Part shown: positions 29,126-39,621 of the stretch, piece after piece
How the letters are laid out: each line of letters starts with the position of its first letter
Position numbering within the stretch: position 1 is the first letter of the stretch
Origin: Tubulanus polymorphus
Taxonomy: Eukaryota > Animalia > Nemertea
Length of the DNA: 50,000 nt
Reading direction: 5' to 3'
NCBI RefSeq assembly: GCF_964204645.1
Contig: NW_027437482.1
Span: 1 to 50,000 of the forward strand
The notes under the pieces: model-generated
The model's input: only the letters and a program-made list of their open reading frames with translations
The model's database searches: none
Told to the model about the DNA's origin: nothing
Position numbers and translations under genes: made by a program

Positions 29126-31426
29126 GTGGTCAACCTCACACGTTCACTCCGCCTAAGTCCGGCGCAACATCAGCTACTCCGAAAGGGCCTCACTTATTGC
29201 CCGACTCCAAAAATCGGTTCTGATGCCGCCGCGACCGAGCGCACCAAGGGAGTGTGCCGATTCAACCGGCTAGTGAAACTCGACCATCACTTCCGAGACA
29301 AACCGGACCGCGAGGCTCCGCGTTTCCGTCTGCCCAGCAGTTGGGCTCCGGATGAAATAGAACCAGTAATCGCCGGGTTCTGCAACGACGCGCACGAATT
29401 GGCTCAACAAACCAGGGATACGCGTCGCGTAAATGATAACCTCACTAAACAGGAACGCGAAGCCCTCCAGCAGCTGCGTGACAACACTAATATTGTCATC
29501 AAAGCCGCCGATAAGGGTTCCGCTACGGTTATCATGGACCGCGACGACTACGTCCACGAAGCCATGCGCCAACTAGCCGATCTCGAGTATTATCAGCCGC
29601 TGCAGCAACCGATCTTCGAACAGACCGGGGAAGAAATTCGCGAAATCATCGAAAATATGGCTCGACGAAAAATCATCCCGCTAAAAACCGCCGAATATCT
29701 ATTACCGCCCGATAATCCGAAACAGAGGCAGTTCTATCTGCTTCCCAAAATCCATAAAGAACGCGAGAAGTGGACGGTACCCGATCGCGTACCGCCGGGG
29801 AGACCGATCGTCTCCGACTGCGGCTCCGAAACCTACGAAATTTCGGAATGGATCGACTACTATTTGCAGCCGATCGCCCGCGGTCACCCGTCGTACGTCA
29901 AAGATACCAACCACTTTCTAGATATTTTGGCCGGTAAACAATTTAGCGCCGATGCGTTACTCGTCACCATGGACATCGATTCGCTCTACACCAACATCCC
30001 CCACGAAGAGGGTATCGCCAGCATCCGACAAGCTCTCCGAGATAACCCGAACCCGGGACGCCCGGATGCCGAGCTGCTGAAACTACTCGAAATCAGCCTG
30101 AAGAAAAATGACTTTAACTTTAACGAAAACACATATTTACAGGTAAAAGGTACCGCAATGGGTAAGCGTTTTGCTCCTTCTTATGCCAATATCTTTGTAG
30201 CCGAATGGGAAAAAGAAGGTCTGTCCAGAAGCGAACTCCAACCATCGCTATACGCTCGGTTCATCGACGACATCTACATAGTTTGGGAACACGGCCGCGA
30301 AACGTTGATGCAATTCATCGACGTCCTACAAACAGTGAGCCGATCCATCAAACTCAAGTTCGAAATCAGCGACACCAGCGTCAACTTCCTGGACGTAACC
30401 ACTTTCAAAGGCCCGCGATTCGAGACAAGTGGCACAGTAGACACCAAAGTCTACTTCAAACCAACCGATTCGCATCAATTACTACATCGATCCTCGTTTC
30501 ACCCTAAACACACATTTTCCGGTATAGTTAAAAGTCAAATTCTCCGGTTCCGGCGCATCTGCAATAACGATTCGGACTTACACGCAGCGTCCGGAACCGT
30601 CCTTAAAGTACTCAGAGGTCGTGGCTACAAAGACCGCGAACTGCGACACATCAAAAGCCAAGCTCTACGGCACCACGCCGAACGAGATCTACGAGAACAA
30701 CAACGGGCCGACGAACCGCCGAAAAAGCGTTTACCGCTTATCTTACCTCACTCCGAAGCCAACCGAACCCTAGCCCGTAACATCCGAACCAGATTTACGG
30801 AACTGGCTACGGCCACCGGCCGGTCTGACGAGGTAACCACGGTCACCGCCTACACCAAGCACAAGAGTCTCAAAGATCTCCTAACTTCGTCGCAGCTCAA
30901 ACCCACGGAGCCACCCCCTCCCCGAGTCCCCTCTTCACCGCATCGTAACAGAAATACTTCCGTTGTTTCCAATTCTTCTATTTCCAGGTCTACTCAAAGA
31001 ACTCCGTCAACCCGACGTCGAGGCAACAAGAAATGCAGAACACCGAGATGTCGTACGTGTCCACTCGTCCGAGAAACAACCGTTTGCCGCAGCCACAACA
31101 AAATGCACGCGATCCGCAGCACAATTAATTGCGCGACCCGTGAAATTGTATACTGCATCGAATGCACCAAGTGCAACATGCTGTACGTCGGCCAAACCGG
31201 AATGTCTCTACGAGAACGCGTCACTCATCACGTCTCACGCATCAGAACGAAGAATTCGACTCCAGTCTCGGACCACTTCAACCAAGTCGACCACACCCGC
31301 GAACACTTTCGGGTGTACGGTCTCCAACACCTACCAGGCTCCACGAGACCGATCCGCGAAGCAGCCGAACAAGACTGGATACGACGACTCGACACGAACA
31401 CGCCCCGAGGCATGAACGTCCCGTAG
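29126..31426 (+). CDS. PLE ORF2: RT + GIY-YIG endonuclease (copy 5)
   Basis: Same motifs as copy 1. Confidence 0.95.
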   Translation: MVNLTRSLRLSPAQHQLLRKGLTYCPTPKIGSDAAATERTKGVCRFNRLVKLDHHFRDKPDREAPRFRLPSSWAPDEIEPVIAGFCNDAHELAQQTRDTRRVNDNLTKQEREALQQLRDNTNIVIKAADKGSATVIMDRDDYVHEAMRQLADLEYYQPLQQPIFEQTGEEIREIIENMARRKIIPLKTAEYLLPPDNPKQRQFYLLPKIHKEREKWTVPDRVPPGRPIVSDCGSETYEISEWIDYYLQPIARGHPSYVKDTNHFLDILAGKQFSADALLVTMDIDSLYTNIPHEEGIASIRQALRDNPNPGRPDAELLKLLEISLKKNDFNFNENTYLQVKGTAMGKRFAPSYANIFVAEWEKEGLSRSELQPSLYARFIDDIYIVWEHGRETLMQFIDVLQTVSRSIKLKFEISDTSVNFLDVTTFKGPRFETSGTVDTKVYFKPTDSHQLLHRSSFHPKHTFSGIVKSQILRFRRICNNDSDLHAASGTVLKVLRGRGYKDRELRHIKSQALRHHAERDLREQQRADEPPKKRLPLILPHSEANRTLARNIRTRFTELATATGRSDEVTTVTAYTKHKSLKDLLTSSQLKPTEPPPPRVPSSPHRNRNTSVVSNSSISRSTQRTPSTRRRGNKKCRTPRCRTCPLVRETTVCRSHNKMHAIRSTINCATREIVYCIECTKCNMLYVGQTGMSLRERVTHHVSRIRTKNSTPVSDHFNQVDHTREHFRVYGLQHLPGSTRPIREAAEQDWIRRLDTNTPRGMNVP

Positions 31427-31542
31427 ACCGCCTCACTACAACAATTAACTCTCACTACTTTTTTACAGGGATAACCCGCTGCCCGTGCACTAGTGGGGTC
31501 TCCAAACCTTCGGTTCGGTCCCCTAACCTCTATCTCTAAACC

Positions 31543-31560
31543 TAACCCTAACCCTAACCC
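31543..31560 (+). repeat. (TAACCC)3 telomeric junction
   Basis: Between copies 5 and 6. Confidence 0.95.
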
Positions 31561-33120
31561 ATGATTCCTGCACTGACACTGACGAAGGCAACCTCGCCGA
31601 AATATCTGTCAATGGAGCGATCTACTCGAAAGAAGAAACGACCACCAGCTGAGAAGACCAGCAAGGGCGGAGGACGCCCTGAGCGACACCAGCAACCCGG
31701 GATGTCGCCGAAAAATTACTATAGAGCTCTTCAAGTGGCGCACCACCTTGCCCAGTTGAGCTCTGGTCCGAAAGCGATTCGGAGGAAGAAGGACCATCTG
31801 AAGATGTTCCTGCGGCCGGCGGCTTGCACCGAAGCAGTAACGGTGCAGCTGCACGCTGCCGCGGACGTCTGGATGGAGACAGTTTCGAAAGAGCTGACCA
31901 TCCATTACGCTGCCACATTTGTTCAGCTAATGGGTGATCCTCTGCCGGACTGTCTATCAGCACAGGATGTCGCCCTGACATGGGCCCGGAGGAATTTCGG
32001 CTCCCGTCTGAGCCCCGGAACGATCCGGCTTTTCAACATCGCGCTGGATTTGCGGTCGAAATTCCGCGGTCAGGCTCTGTCTGACAAACTCAGAAATGTC
32101 CTATCTAACCCACCTTCTTCCCCTTCTCATTTCAGGTCACACCACCAGGAGGCACCCACGGAACCGAAGATTCGTCCGCCGCCGAGACCGAGCCGGAAGA
32201 TTCGAAAGCCCGCGACGCCGAGGACGCCTGCACCAACCGCAGCCGCGCCCGCCGCGCCCACAGCGCCTCCTTCTTTTTCTGATTCCAGGTCACCGAGAAG
32301 CTACGCGGATGTCACCAGGACGCCACCAACCAGAATGGCGCCACCACCGAGAAGTCCGATGCCGACGCCGCCGCCGCCACCAAGAAGTCCGACGCCACCG
32401 AGAAGTCCGACGCCGCCGCCTCGAAACCCGACGCCGCCGCCGCCGCAGAGAACGCCGACCGCACCAACCAGCAGTCCGACGCCGTCTCTCTCTTCTTCTC
32501 TTTCCAGCTCTCCGTCTCATTACAGGTCACCAGGGCGCCTACTGCCAGCGCGAAGTCCGACGCCAACACCGAGACCGATGGCGCCCCAGGAAGTTCGCCG
32601 TCATCCGAATACGGGTCGGAAGAAACAGGATTGGAGTCTGCCACCAACCCGGCGACCCATTCTGGTGATTGGTGACTCAAATCTGAGTAACATCACATCA
32701 AGCCGCCGTCCGGATGACGTCCAGATCGAGAGCTTCCCCGGCTGCAAGATAGCTCATCTCGCCGACCTGATCGATGCTGTACCGGAGCGCCGAGATCGCC
32801 CGGATACGGTGATCATCAGCGTCGGAATCAACAACCGCGACAACAACTTCGAAGCGACCGCCAGGAAGACCACACAGCGCCTGATCAACGCCGCAGTCAA
32901 GAAGTATCAGCACTCGTTCGTCCACTTCGTTCAACTCAACACGACCCGCGAACACCAGCAGTTCGCCCGGAAGTTCAACGAATTCCTCGAGAATAACGAC
33001 GACGTCACCGCGATACCACCCATCGATGATCGACGCTTCAGAGTTGTTGGAGACGGGATCCACTGGAACCGTGGTACAGCTAACACCCTGCTGGACCACT
33101 GGCTCAGTGGTTTAAACTAA
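31561..33120 (+). CDS. PLE ORF1 (SGNH esterase), copy 6
   Basis: 519 aa with SGNH motifs. Confidence 0.88.
   Translation: MIPALTLTKATSPKYLSMERSTRKKKRPPAEKTSKGGGRPERHQQPGMSPKNYYRALQVAHHLAQLSSGPKAIRRKKDHLKMFLRPAACTEAVTVQLHAAADVWMETVSKELTIHYAATFVQLMGDPLPDCLSAQDVALTWARRNFGSRLSPGTIRLFNIALDLRSKFRGQALSDKLRNVLSNPPSSPSHFRSHHQEAPTEPKIRPPPRPSRKIRKPATPRTPAPTAAAPAAPTAPPSFSDSRSPRSYADVTRTPPTRMAPPPRSPMPTPPPPPRSPTPPRSPTPPPRNPTPPPPQRTPTAPTSSPTPSLSSSLSSSPSHYRSPGRLLPARSPTPTPRPMAPQEVRRHPNTGRKKQDWSLPPTRRPILVIGDSNLSNITSSRRPDDVQIESFPGCKIAHLADLIDAVPERRDRPDTVIISVGINNRDNNFEATARKTTQRLINAAVKKYQHSFVHFVQLNTTREHQQFARKFNEFLENNDDVTAIPPIDDRRFRVVGDGIHWNRGTANTLLDHWLSGLN
31574..31611 (+). ncRNA. Minimal hammerhead ribozyme (copy 6)
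   Basis: Identical to 14915-14952. Confidence 0.75.
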
Positions 33121-33275
33121 GTATTAGTGAGACCAACGGGTCCACTATTGGTGAGTTAAATCAACCGGAATTAACCAATGCTTCTCTGATTTCTTCCATT
33201 TCCAGGTCCGACGAACACGAAGAACCGGCACCAAACCAAGCGCGACGCGATCCGGTCACCGCTCTCGGGAGCCCG

Positions 33276-35576
33276 GTGGTCAACCTCACACGTTCACTCC
33301 GCCTAAGTCCGGCGCAACATCAGCTACTCCGAAAGGGCCTCACTTATTGCCCGACTCCAAAAATCGGTTCTGATGCCGCCGCGACCGAGCGCACCAAGGG
33401 AGTGTGCCGATTCAACCGGCTAGTGAAACTCGACCATCACTTCCGAGACAAACCGGACCGCGAGGCTCCGCGTTTCCGTCTGCCCAGCAGTTGGGCTCCG
33501 GATGAAATAGAACCAGTAATCGCCGGGTTCTGCAACGACGCGCACGAATTGGCTCAACAAACCAGGGATACGCGTCGCGTAAATGATAACCTCACTAAAC
33601 AGGAACGCGAAGCCCTCCAGCAGCTGCGTGACAACACTAATATTGTCATCAAAGCCGCCGATAAGGGTTCCGCTACGGTTATCATGGACCGCGACGACTA
33701 CGTCCACGAAGCCATGCGCCAACTAGCCGATCTCGAGTATTATCAGCCGCTGCAGCAACCGATCTTCGAACAGACCGGGGAAGAAATTCGCGAAATCATC
33801 GAAAATATGGCTCGACGAAAAATCATCCCGCTAAAAACCGCCGAATATCTATTACCGCCCGATAATCCGAAACAGAGGCAGTTCTATCTGCTTCCCAAAA
33901 TCCATAAAGAACGCGAGAAGTGGACGGTACCCGATCGCGTACCGCCGGGGAGACCGATCGTCTCCGACTGCGGCTCCGAAACCTACGAAATTTCGGAATG
34001 GATCGACTACTATTTGCAGCCGATCGCCCGCGGTCACCCGTCGTACGTCAAAGATACCAACCACTTTCTAGATATTTTGGCCGGTAAACAATTTAGCGCC
34101 GATGCGTTACTCGTCACCATGGACATCGATTCGCTCTACACCAACATCCCCCACGAAGAGGGTATCGCCAGCATCCGACAAGCTCTCCGAGATAACCCAA
34201 ACCCGGGACGCCCGGATGCCGAGCTGCTGAAACTACTCGAAATCAGCCTGAAGAAAAATGACTTTAACTTTAACGAAAACACATATTTACAGGTAAAAGG
34301 TACCGCAATGGGTAAGCGTTTTGCTCCTTCTTATGCCAATATCTTTGTAGCCGAATGGGAAAAAGAAGGTCTGTCCAGAAGCGAACTCCAACCATCGCTA
34401 TACGCTCGGTTCATCGACGACATCTACATAGTTTGGGAACACGGCCGCGAAACGTTGATGCAATTCATCGACGTCCTACAAACAGTGAGCCGATCCATCA
34501 AACTCAAGTTCGAAATCAGCGACACCAGCGTCAACTTCCTGGACGTAACCACCTTCAAAGGCCCGCGATTCGAGACAAGTGGCACAGTAGACACCAAAGT
34601 CTACTTCAAACCAACCGATTCGCATCAATTACTACATCGATCCTCGTTTCACCCTAAACACACATTTTCCGGTATAGTTAAAAGTCAAATTCTCCGGTTC
34701 CGGCGCATCTGCAATAACGATTCGGACTTACACGCAGCGTCCGGAACCGTCCTTAAAGTACTCAGAGGTCGTGGCTACAAAGACCGCGAACTGCGACACA
34801 TCAAAAGCCAAGCTCTACGGCACCACGCCGAACGAGATCTACGAGAACAACAACGGGCCGACGAACCGCCGAAAAAGCGTTTACCGCTTATCTTACCTCA
34901 CTCCGAAGCCAACCGAACCCTAGCCCGTAACATCCGAACCAGATTTACGGAACTGGCTACGGCCACCGGCCGGTCGGACGAGGTAACCACGGTCACCGCC
35001 TACACCAAGCACAAGAGTCTCAAAGATCTCCTAACTTCGTCGCAGCTCAAACCCACGGAGCCACCCCCTCCCCGAGTCCCCTCTTCACCGCATCGTAACA
35101 GAAATACTTCCGTTGTTTCCAATTCTTCTATTTCCAGGTCTACTCAAAGAACTCCGTCAACCCGACGTCGAGGCACCGAGAAATGCAGAACACCGAGATG
35201 TCGTACGTGTCCACTCGTCCGAGAAACAACCGTTTGCCGCAGCCACAACAAAATGCACGCGATCCGCAGCACAATTAATTGCGCGACCCGTGAAATTGTA
35301 TACTGCATCGAATGCACCAAGTGCAACATGCTGTACGTCGGCCAAACCGGAATGTCTCTACGAGAACGCGTCACTCATCACGTCTCACGCATCAGAACGA
35401 AGAATTCGACTCCAGTCTCGGACCACTTCAACCAAGTCGACCACACCCGCGAACACTTTCGGGTGTACGGTCTCCAACACCTACCAGGCTCCACGAGACC
35501 GATCCGCGAAGCAGCCGAACAAGACTGGATACGACGACTCGACACGAACACGCCCCGAGGCATGAACGTCCCGTAG
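33276..35576 (+). CDS. PLE ORF2: RT + GIY-YIG endonuclease (copy 6)
   Basis: Same motifs as copy 1. Confidence 0.95.
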   Translation: MVNLTRSLRLSPAQHQLLRKGLTYCPTPKIGSDAAATERTKGVCRFNRLVKLDHHFRDKPDREAPRFRLPSSWAPDEIEPVIAGFCNDAHELAQQTRDTRRVNDNLTKQEREALQQLRDNTNIVIKAADKGSATVIMDRDDYVHEAMRQLADLEYYQPLQQPIFEQTGEEIREIIENMARRKIIPLKTAEYLLPPDNPKQRQFYLLPKIHKEREKWTVPDRVPPGRPIVSDCGSETYEISEWIDYYLQPIARGHPSYVKDTNHFLDILAGKQFSADALLVTMDIDSLYTNIPHEEGIASIRQALRDNPNPGRPDAELLKLLEISLKKNDFNFNENTYLQVKGTAMGKRFAPSYANIFVAEWEKEGLSRSELQPSLYARFIDDIYIVWEHGRETLMQFIDVLQTVSRSIKLKFEISDTSVNFLDVTTFKGPRFETSGTVDTKVYFKPTDSHQLLHRSSFHPKHTFSGIVKSQILRFRRICNNDSDLHAASGTVLKVLRGRGYKDRELRHIKSQALRHHAERDLREQQRADEPPKKRLPLILPHSEANRTLARNIRTRFTELATATGRSDEVTTVTAYTKHKSLKDLLTSSQLKPTEPPPPRVPSSPHRNRNTSVVSNSSISRSTQRTPSTRRRGTEKCRTPRCRTCPLVRETTVCRSHNKMHAIRSTINCATREIVYCIECTKCNMLYVGQTGMSLRERVTHHVSRIRTKNSTPVSDHFNQVDHTREHFRVYGLQHLPGSTRPIREAAEQDWIRRLDTNTPRGMNVP

Positions 35577-35697
35577 ACCGCCTCACTACAACAATTAACT
35601 CTCACTACTTTTTTACAGGGATAACCCGCTGCCCGTGCACTAGTGGGGTCTCCAAACCTTCGGTTTGGTCCCCTAACCTCTATCTCTAAACCTAACC

Positions 35698-37902
35698 TTA
35701 GCCCGTGCCAGGTTTCCCTCGTAAATTATCTTAACTGATTAATTATTAATCATCAATCTATTTGCAGAATCATCCTCCGTCGCCTGAAGCAGAAACCCGC
35801 TCAGAGACAGAGTACAAAACAAACTCCAAGATCACAAGCTCCACAGGAATCATCAACCTTTTATCTTTTAATTAGTTCTCTCTGCTTTACTTTGAAAACT
35901 CAATCGAAATTCAGTAAGTAAGAAGACAGACCAAATATCAGAAACAGTTAGAAAAATAAACAAAAGCGCGATATCGGGAACCGAACCCTAACCGCTAGTA
36001 CTGACTGGTTGCCTGTCCCAGGACGATAGAAACCGGTAACCAGTCCACCGCTATTATCTATTTCGAAAATATGCGTCAGCACTGAGATTATATCATAGAA
36101 ACACCCGAAAAGTGTTAGTTAATCTATTATAAATTTAGAAAGAAAGGGAATCTAGAATAGGTAAGAATATACTCAATTACTAAAACGGCGCGCCTGATCG
36201 GGACTCGAACCCGCGGCACCCGAATTAAGCTCCGGAGAATACTCGGGAACCGTACCCGCCGCTCCGAAATTAACCGCTAGTACTGACGGGTTGCCGGTGC
36301 CCCGCGTTAGATACCGGTAACCAGTCCACCGCTCTTATTTATTCTGAAAATATGCGTCGGCACTAAGATTATATCGTAGAAACATCTGAAAAGTACTATT
36401 GTATCCGTCAAAGATTCAGAATTAAAAGGAATCCTGAATAGGTAAAAAACATTTAGAATAGAACTATTCAATTACTAAACGGCGCCTGGTCGGGACTCGA
36501 ACCCGCGGCACCCTAATTAACCTCCGTTTAATCTATAACGTTCGGTCGGGGACCTAACCCGCTACGTCCTAATTAACTATTATCGTATCTACGCGCCAAC
36601 TCTTGGAACATACTCTATATAGATCCGGGTGTCAAGTTTCAAATTTCTCTAAAACAGACAGTTTATTTTCGGATAACAATTCTAATGAGATCGCTCAAAA
36701 GTATTAGTAGCTATATTCAAAAACCGCACTATAGGTTGTAGAAGTATAAGAAGTTTATAGGATAAATAATAGTCCACGGACATCAATCACTGTTTACAAG
36801 TCACTCATAATTAGTGACCGATCGGCCACCTGCGCCTCTTGACTAATTATCCGACTCAATTCTATACAAAATCGCAGTTACGACGCCTTCAAACTCATCA
36901 GTTTTTTTCAAAGAACACAGCCCAATATTCCCGATTCAAAAAGAGTTTTATATCACGTATATATTTCAACCTTCGGATTAAAGAAGAAGATCATAGTGTT
37001 TTTGAACCACTCAAACTACGCAAGCTTAAACCGATTTACTGAATACCCGCGCTCCGGTCTGAATATATTTGTCACATATTCAAGTTCACATAGCTTTACT
37101 CGATCCTAATAACTCTAAATAAGCGTAGTTTATCTAATAGAATCATATTTAAGAACTTAGAATTAAAACAGACGTATCAGTAAGACATTTCTATCAAAAC
37201 TCGTCACCCATAATTAGGGCTAATTAACCACCCGCGCTCACTCAGTAATTTAGATCTTACGGGTTATAACTTCCTACTAAATCGCCGACGCCGCGCTGTC
37301 TAATTCATCCAATTTTCGGTAGAATACCGCGTAGATATTTCAAAATCCGCTCTTTAAAGCTTTAGAATACGGAGAAAACTTGATTAACTAAGAGCCGGAT
37401 TTCACCATTTACGACTATTTAGTAAACACGCGTATATCGGAATACGCCTCGGCCGCGCACCGCTAATTAACGCGTCTAAACTAATTAGGAATTAAGCAAT
37501 TTTGAAACTGAACTCGGACATATTTCGAGCATTCCGGTTCACGTATATTAATAATACATATTCTAGATTTCTCTTTATAGAAAACACTTTGAGTATTCAT
37601 TAGGTTATATCGAAATAAACTTTTCAATTCTATATTAGACACGCCGTTCTTTAGATCTTTAGAACTATACATCAAAGCAAACTATTCAACAGCTAGATCA
37701 AGGGCCATAATTAGTGCTGTTTTCTAGTCACTCTGGATCAAAGGCATAATTAGTCAGACCCCTAGTTTGTCTATTAGCTTGATCACAGAAGTACAATTAG
37801 TCTAGATCACAAGGTCTCATATGGTCACTTAACTTCTAACTCAAATACTGTTCACTTGTTGCGCGCTGCGTGTATAAAAACCCGTGTCTAATCCTAGTTC
37901 AG
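35698..37902 (+). mobile_element. Second copy of the 2.2-kb spacer/promoter region
   Basis: Near-identical to 12697-14900; TATAAAA at 37873-37879. Confidence 0.85.
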
Positions 37903-37903
37903 C

Positions 37904-39466
37904 ATGATTCCTGCACTGACACTGACGAAGGCAACCTCGCCGAAATATCTGTCAATGGAGCGATCTACTCGAAAGAAGAAACGACAACCAGCTGAGAAGA
38001 CCAGCAAGGGCGGAGGACGCCCTGAGCGACACCAGCAACCCGGGATGTCGCCGAAAACGTATTATAGAGCTCTTCAAGTGGCGCACCACCTTGCCCAGTT
38101 GAGCTCTGGTCCGAAAGCGATTCGGAGGAAGAAGGACCATCTGAAGATGTTCCTGCGGCCGGCGGCTTGCACCGAAGCAGTAACGGTGCAGCTGCACGCT
38201 GCCGCGGACGTCTGGATGGAGACAGTTTCGAAAGAGCTGACCATCCATTACGCTGCCACATTTGTTGAGCTAATGGGTGATCCTCTGCCGGACTGTCTAT
38301 CAGCACAGGATGTCGCCCTGACATGGGCCCGGAGGAATTTCGGCTCCCGTCTGAGCCCCGGAACGATCCGGCTTTTCAACATCGCGCTGGATTTGCGGTC
38401 GAAATTCCGCGGTCAGGCTCTGTCTGACAAACTCAGAAATGTCCTATCTAACCCACCTTCTTCCCCTTCTCATTTCAGGTCACACCACCAGGAGGCACCC
38501 ACGGAGCCGAAGATTCGTCCGCCGCCGAGACCGAGCCGGAAGATTCGAAAGCCCGCGACGCCGAGGACGCCTGCACCAACCGCAGCCGCGCCCGCCGCGC
38601 CCACAGCGCCTCCTTCTTTTTCTGATTCCAGGTCACCGAGAAGCTACGCGGATGTCACCAGGACGCCACCACCCAGAATGGCGCCACCACCGAGAAGTCC
38701 GATGCCGACGCCGCCGCCGCCACCAAGAAGTCCGACGCCACCGAGAAGTCCGACGCCGCCGCCTCGAAACCCGACGCCGCCGCCGCCGCCGCAGAGAACG
38801 CCGACCGCACCAACCAGCAGTCCGACGCCGTCTCTCTCTTCTTCTCTTTCCAGCTCTCCGTCTCATTACAGGTCACCAGGGCGCCTACTGCCAGCGCGAA
38901 GTCCGACGCCAACACCGAGACCGATGGCGCCCCAGGAAGTTCGCCGTCATCCGAATACGGGTCGGAAGAAACAGGATTGGAGTCTGCCACCAACCCGGCG
39001 ACCCATTCTGGTGATTGGTGACTCAAATCTGAGTAACATCACATCAAGCCGCCGTCCGGATGACGTCCAGATCGAGAGCTTCCCCGGCTGCAAGATAGCT
39101 CATCTCGCCGACCTGATCGATGCTGTACCGGAGCGCCGAGATCGCCCGGATACGGTGATCATCAGCGTCGGAATCAACAACCGCGACAACAACTTCGAAG
39201 CGACCGCCAGGAAGACCACACAGCGCCTGATCAACGCCGCAGTCAAGAAGTATCAGCACTCGTTCGTCCACTTCGTTCAACTCAACACGACCCGCGAACA
39301 CCAGCAGTTCGCCCGGAAGTTCAACGAATTCCTCGAGAATAACGACGACGTCACCGCGATACCACCCATCGATGATCGACGCTTCAGAGTTGTTGGAGAC
39401 GGGATCCACTGGAACCGTGGTACAGCTAACACCCTGCTGGACCACTGGCTCAGTGGTTTAAACTAA
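37904..39466 (+). CDS. PLE ORF1 (SGNH esterase), copy 7
   Basis: 520 aa (one extra Pro) with SGNH motifs. Confidence 0.88.
   Translation: MIPALTLTKATSPKYLSMERSTRKKKRQPAEKTSKGGGRPERHQQPGMSPKTYYRALQVAHHLAQLSSGPKAIRRKKDHLKMFLRPAACTEAVTVQLHAAADVWMETVSKELTIHYAATFVELMGDPLPDCLSAQDVALTWARRNFGSRLSPGTIRLFNIALDLRSKFRGQALSDKLRNVLSNPPSSPSHFRSHHQEAPTEPKIRPPPRPSRKIRKPATPRTPAPTAAAPAAPTAPPSFSDSRSPRSYADVTRTPPPRMAPPPRSPMPTPPPPPRSPTPPRSPTPPPRNPTPPPPPQRTPTAPTSSPTPSLSSSLSSSPSHYRSPGRLLPARSPTPTPRPMAPQEVRRHPNTGRKKQDWSLPPTRRPILVIGDSNLSNITSSRRPDDVQIESFPGCKIAHLADLIDAVPERRDRPDTVIISVGINNRDNNFEATARKTTQRLINAAVKKYQHSFVHFVQLNTTREHQQFARKFNEFLENNDDVTAIPPIDDRRFRVVGDGIHWNRGTANTLLDHWLSGLN
37917..37954 (+). ncRNA. Minimal hammerhead ribozyme (copy 7)
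   Basis: Identical to 14915-14952. Confidence 0.75.
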
Positions 39467-39621
39467 GTATTAGTGAGACCAACGGGTCCACTATTGGTGA
39501 GTTAAATCAACCGGAATTAACCAATGCTTCTCTGATTTCTTCCATTTCCAGGTCCGACGAACACGAAGAACCGGCACCAAACCAAGCGCGACGCGATCCG
39601 GTCACCGCTCTCGGGAGCCCG

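Larger units (their letters stand above)
27411..31542 (+). mobile_element. Neptune-type PLE, copy 5
   Basis: Intact ORF1 and ORF2. Confidence 0.95.
31561..35697 (+). mobile_element. Neptune-type PLE, copy 6 (continues into the long spacer)
   Basis: Intact ORF1 and ORF2 with a complete 3' domain. Confidence 0.95.
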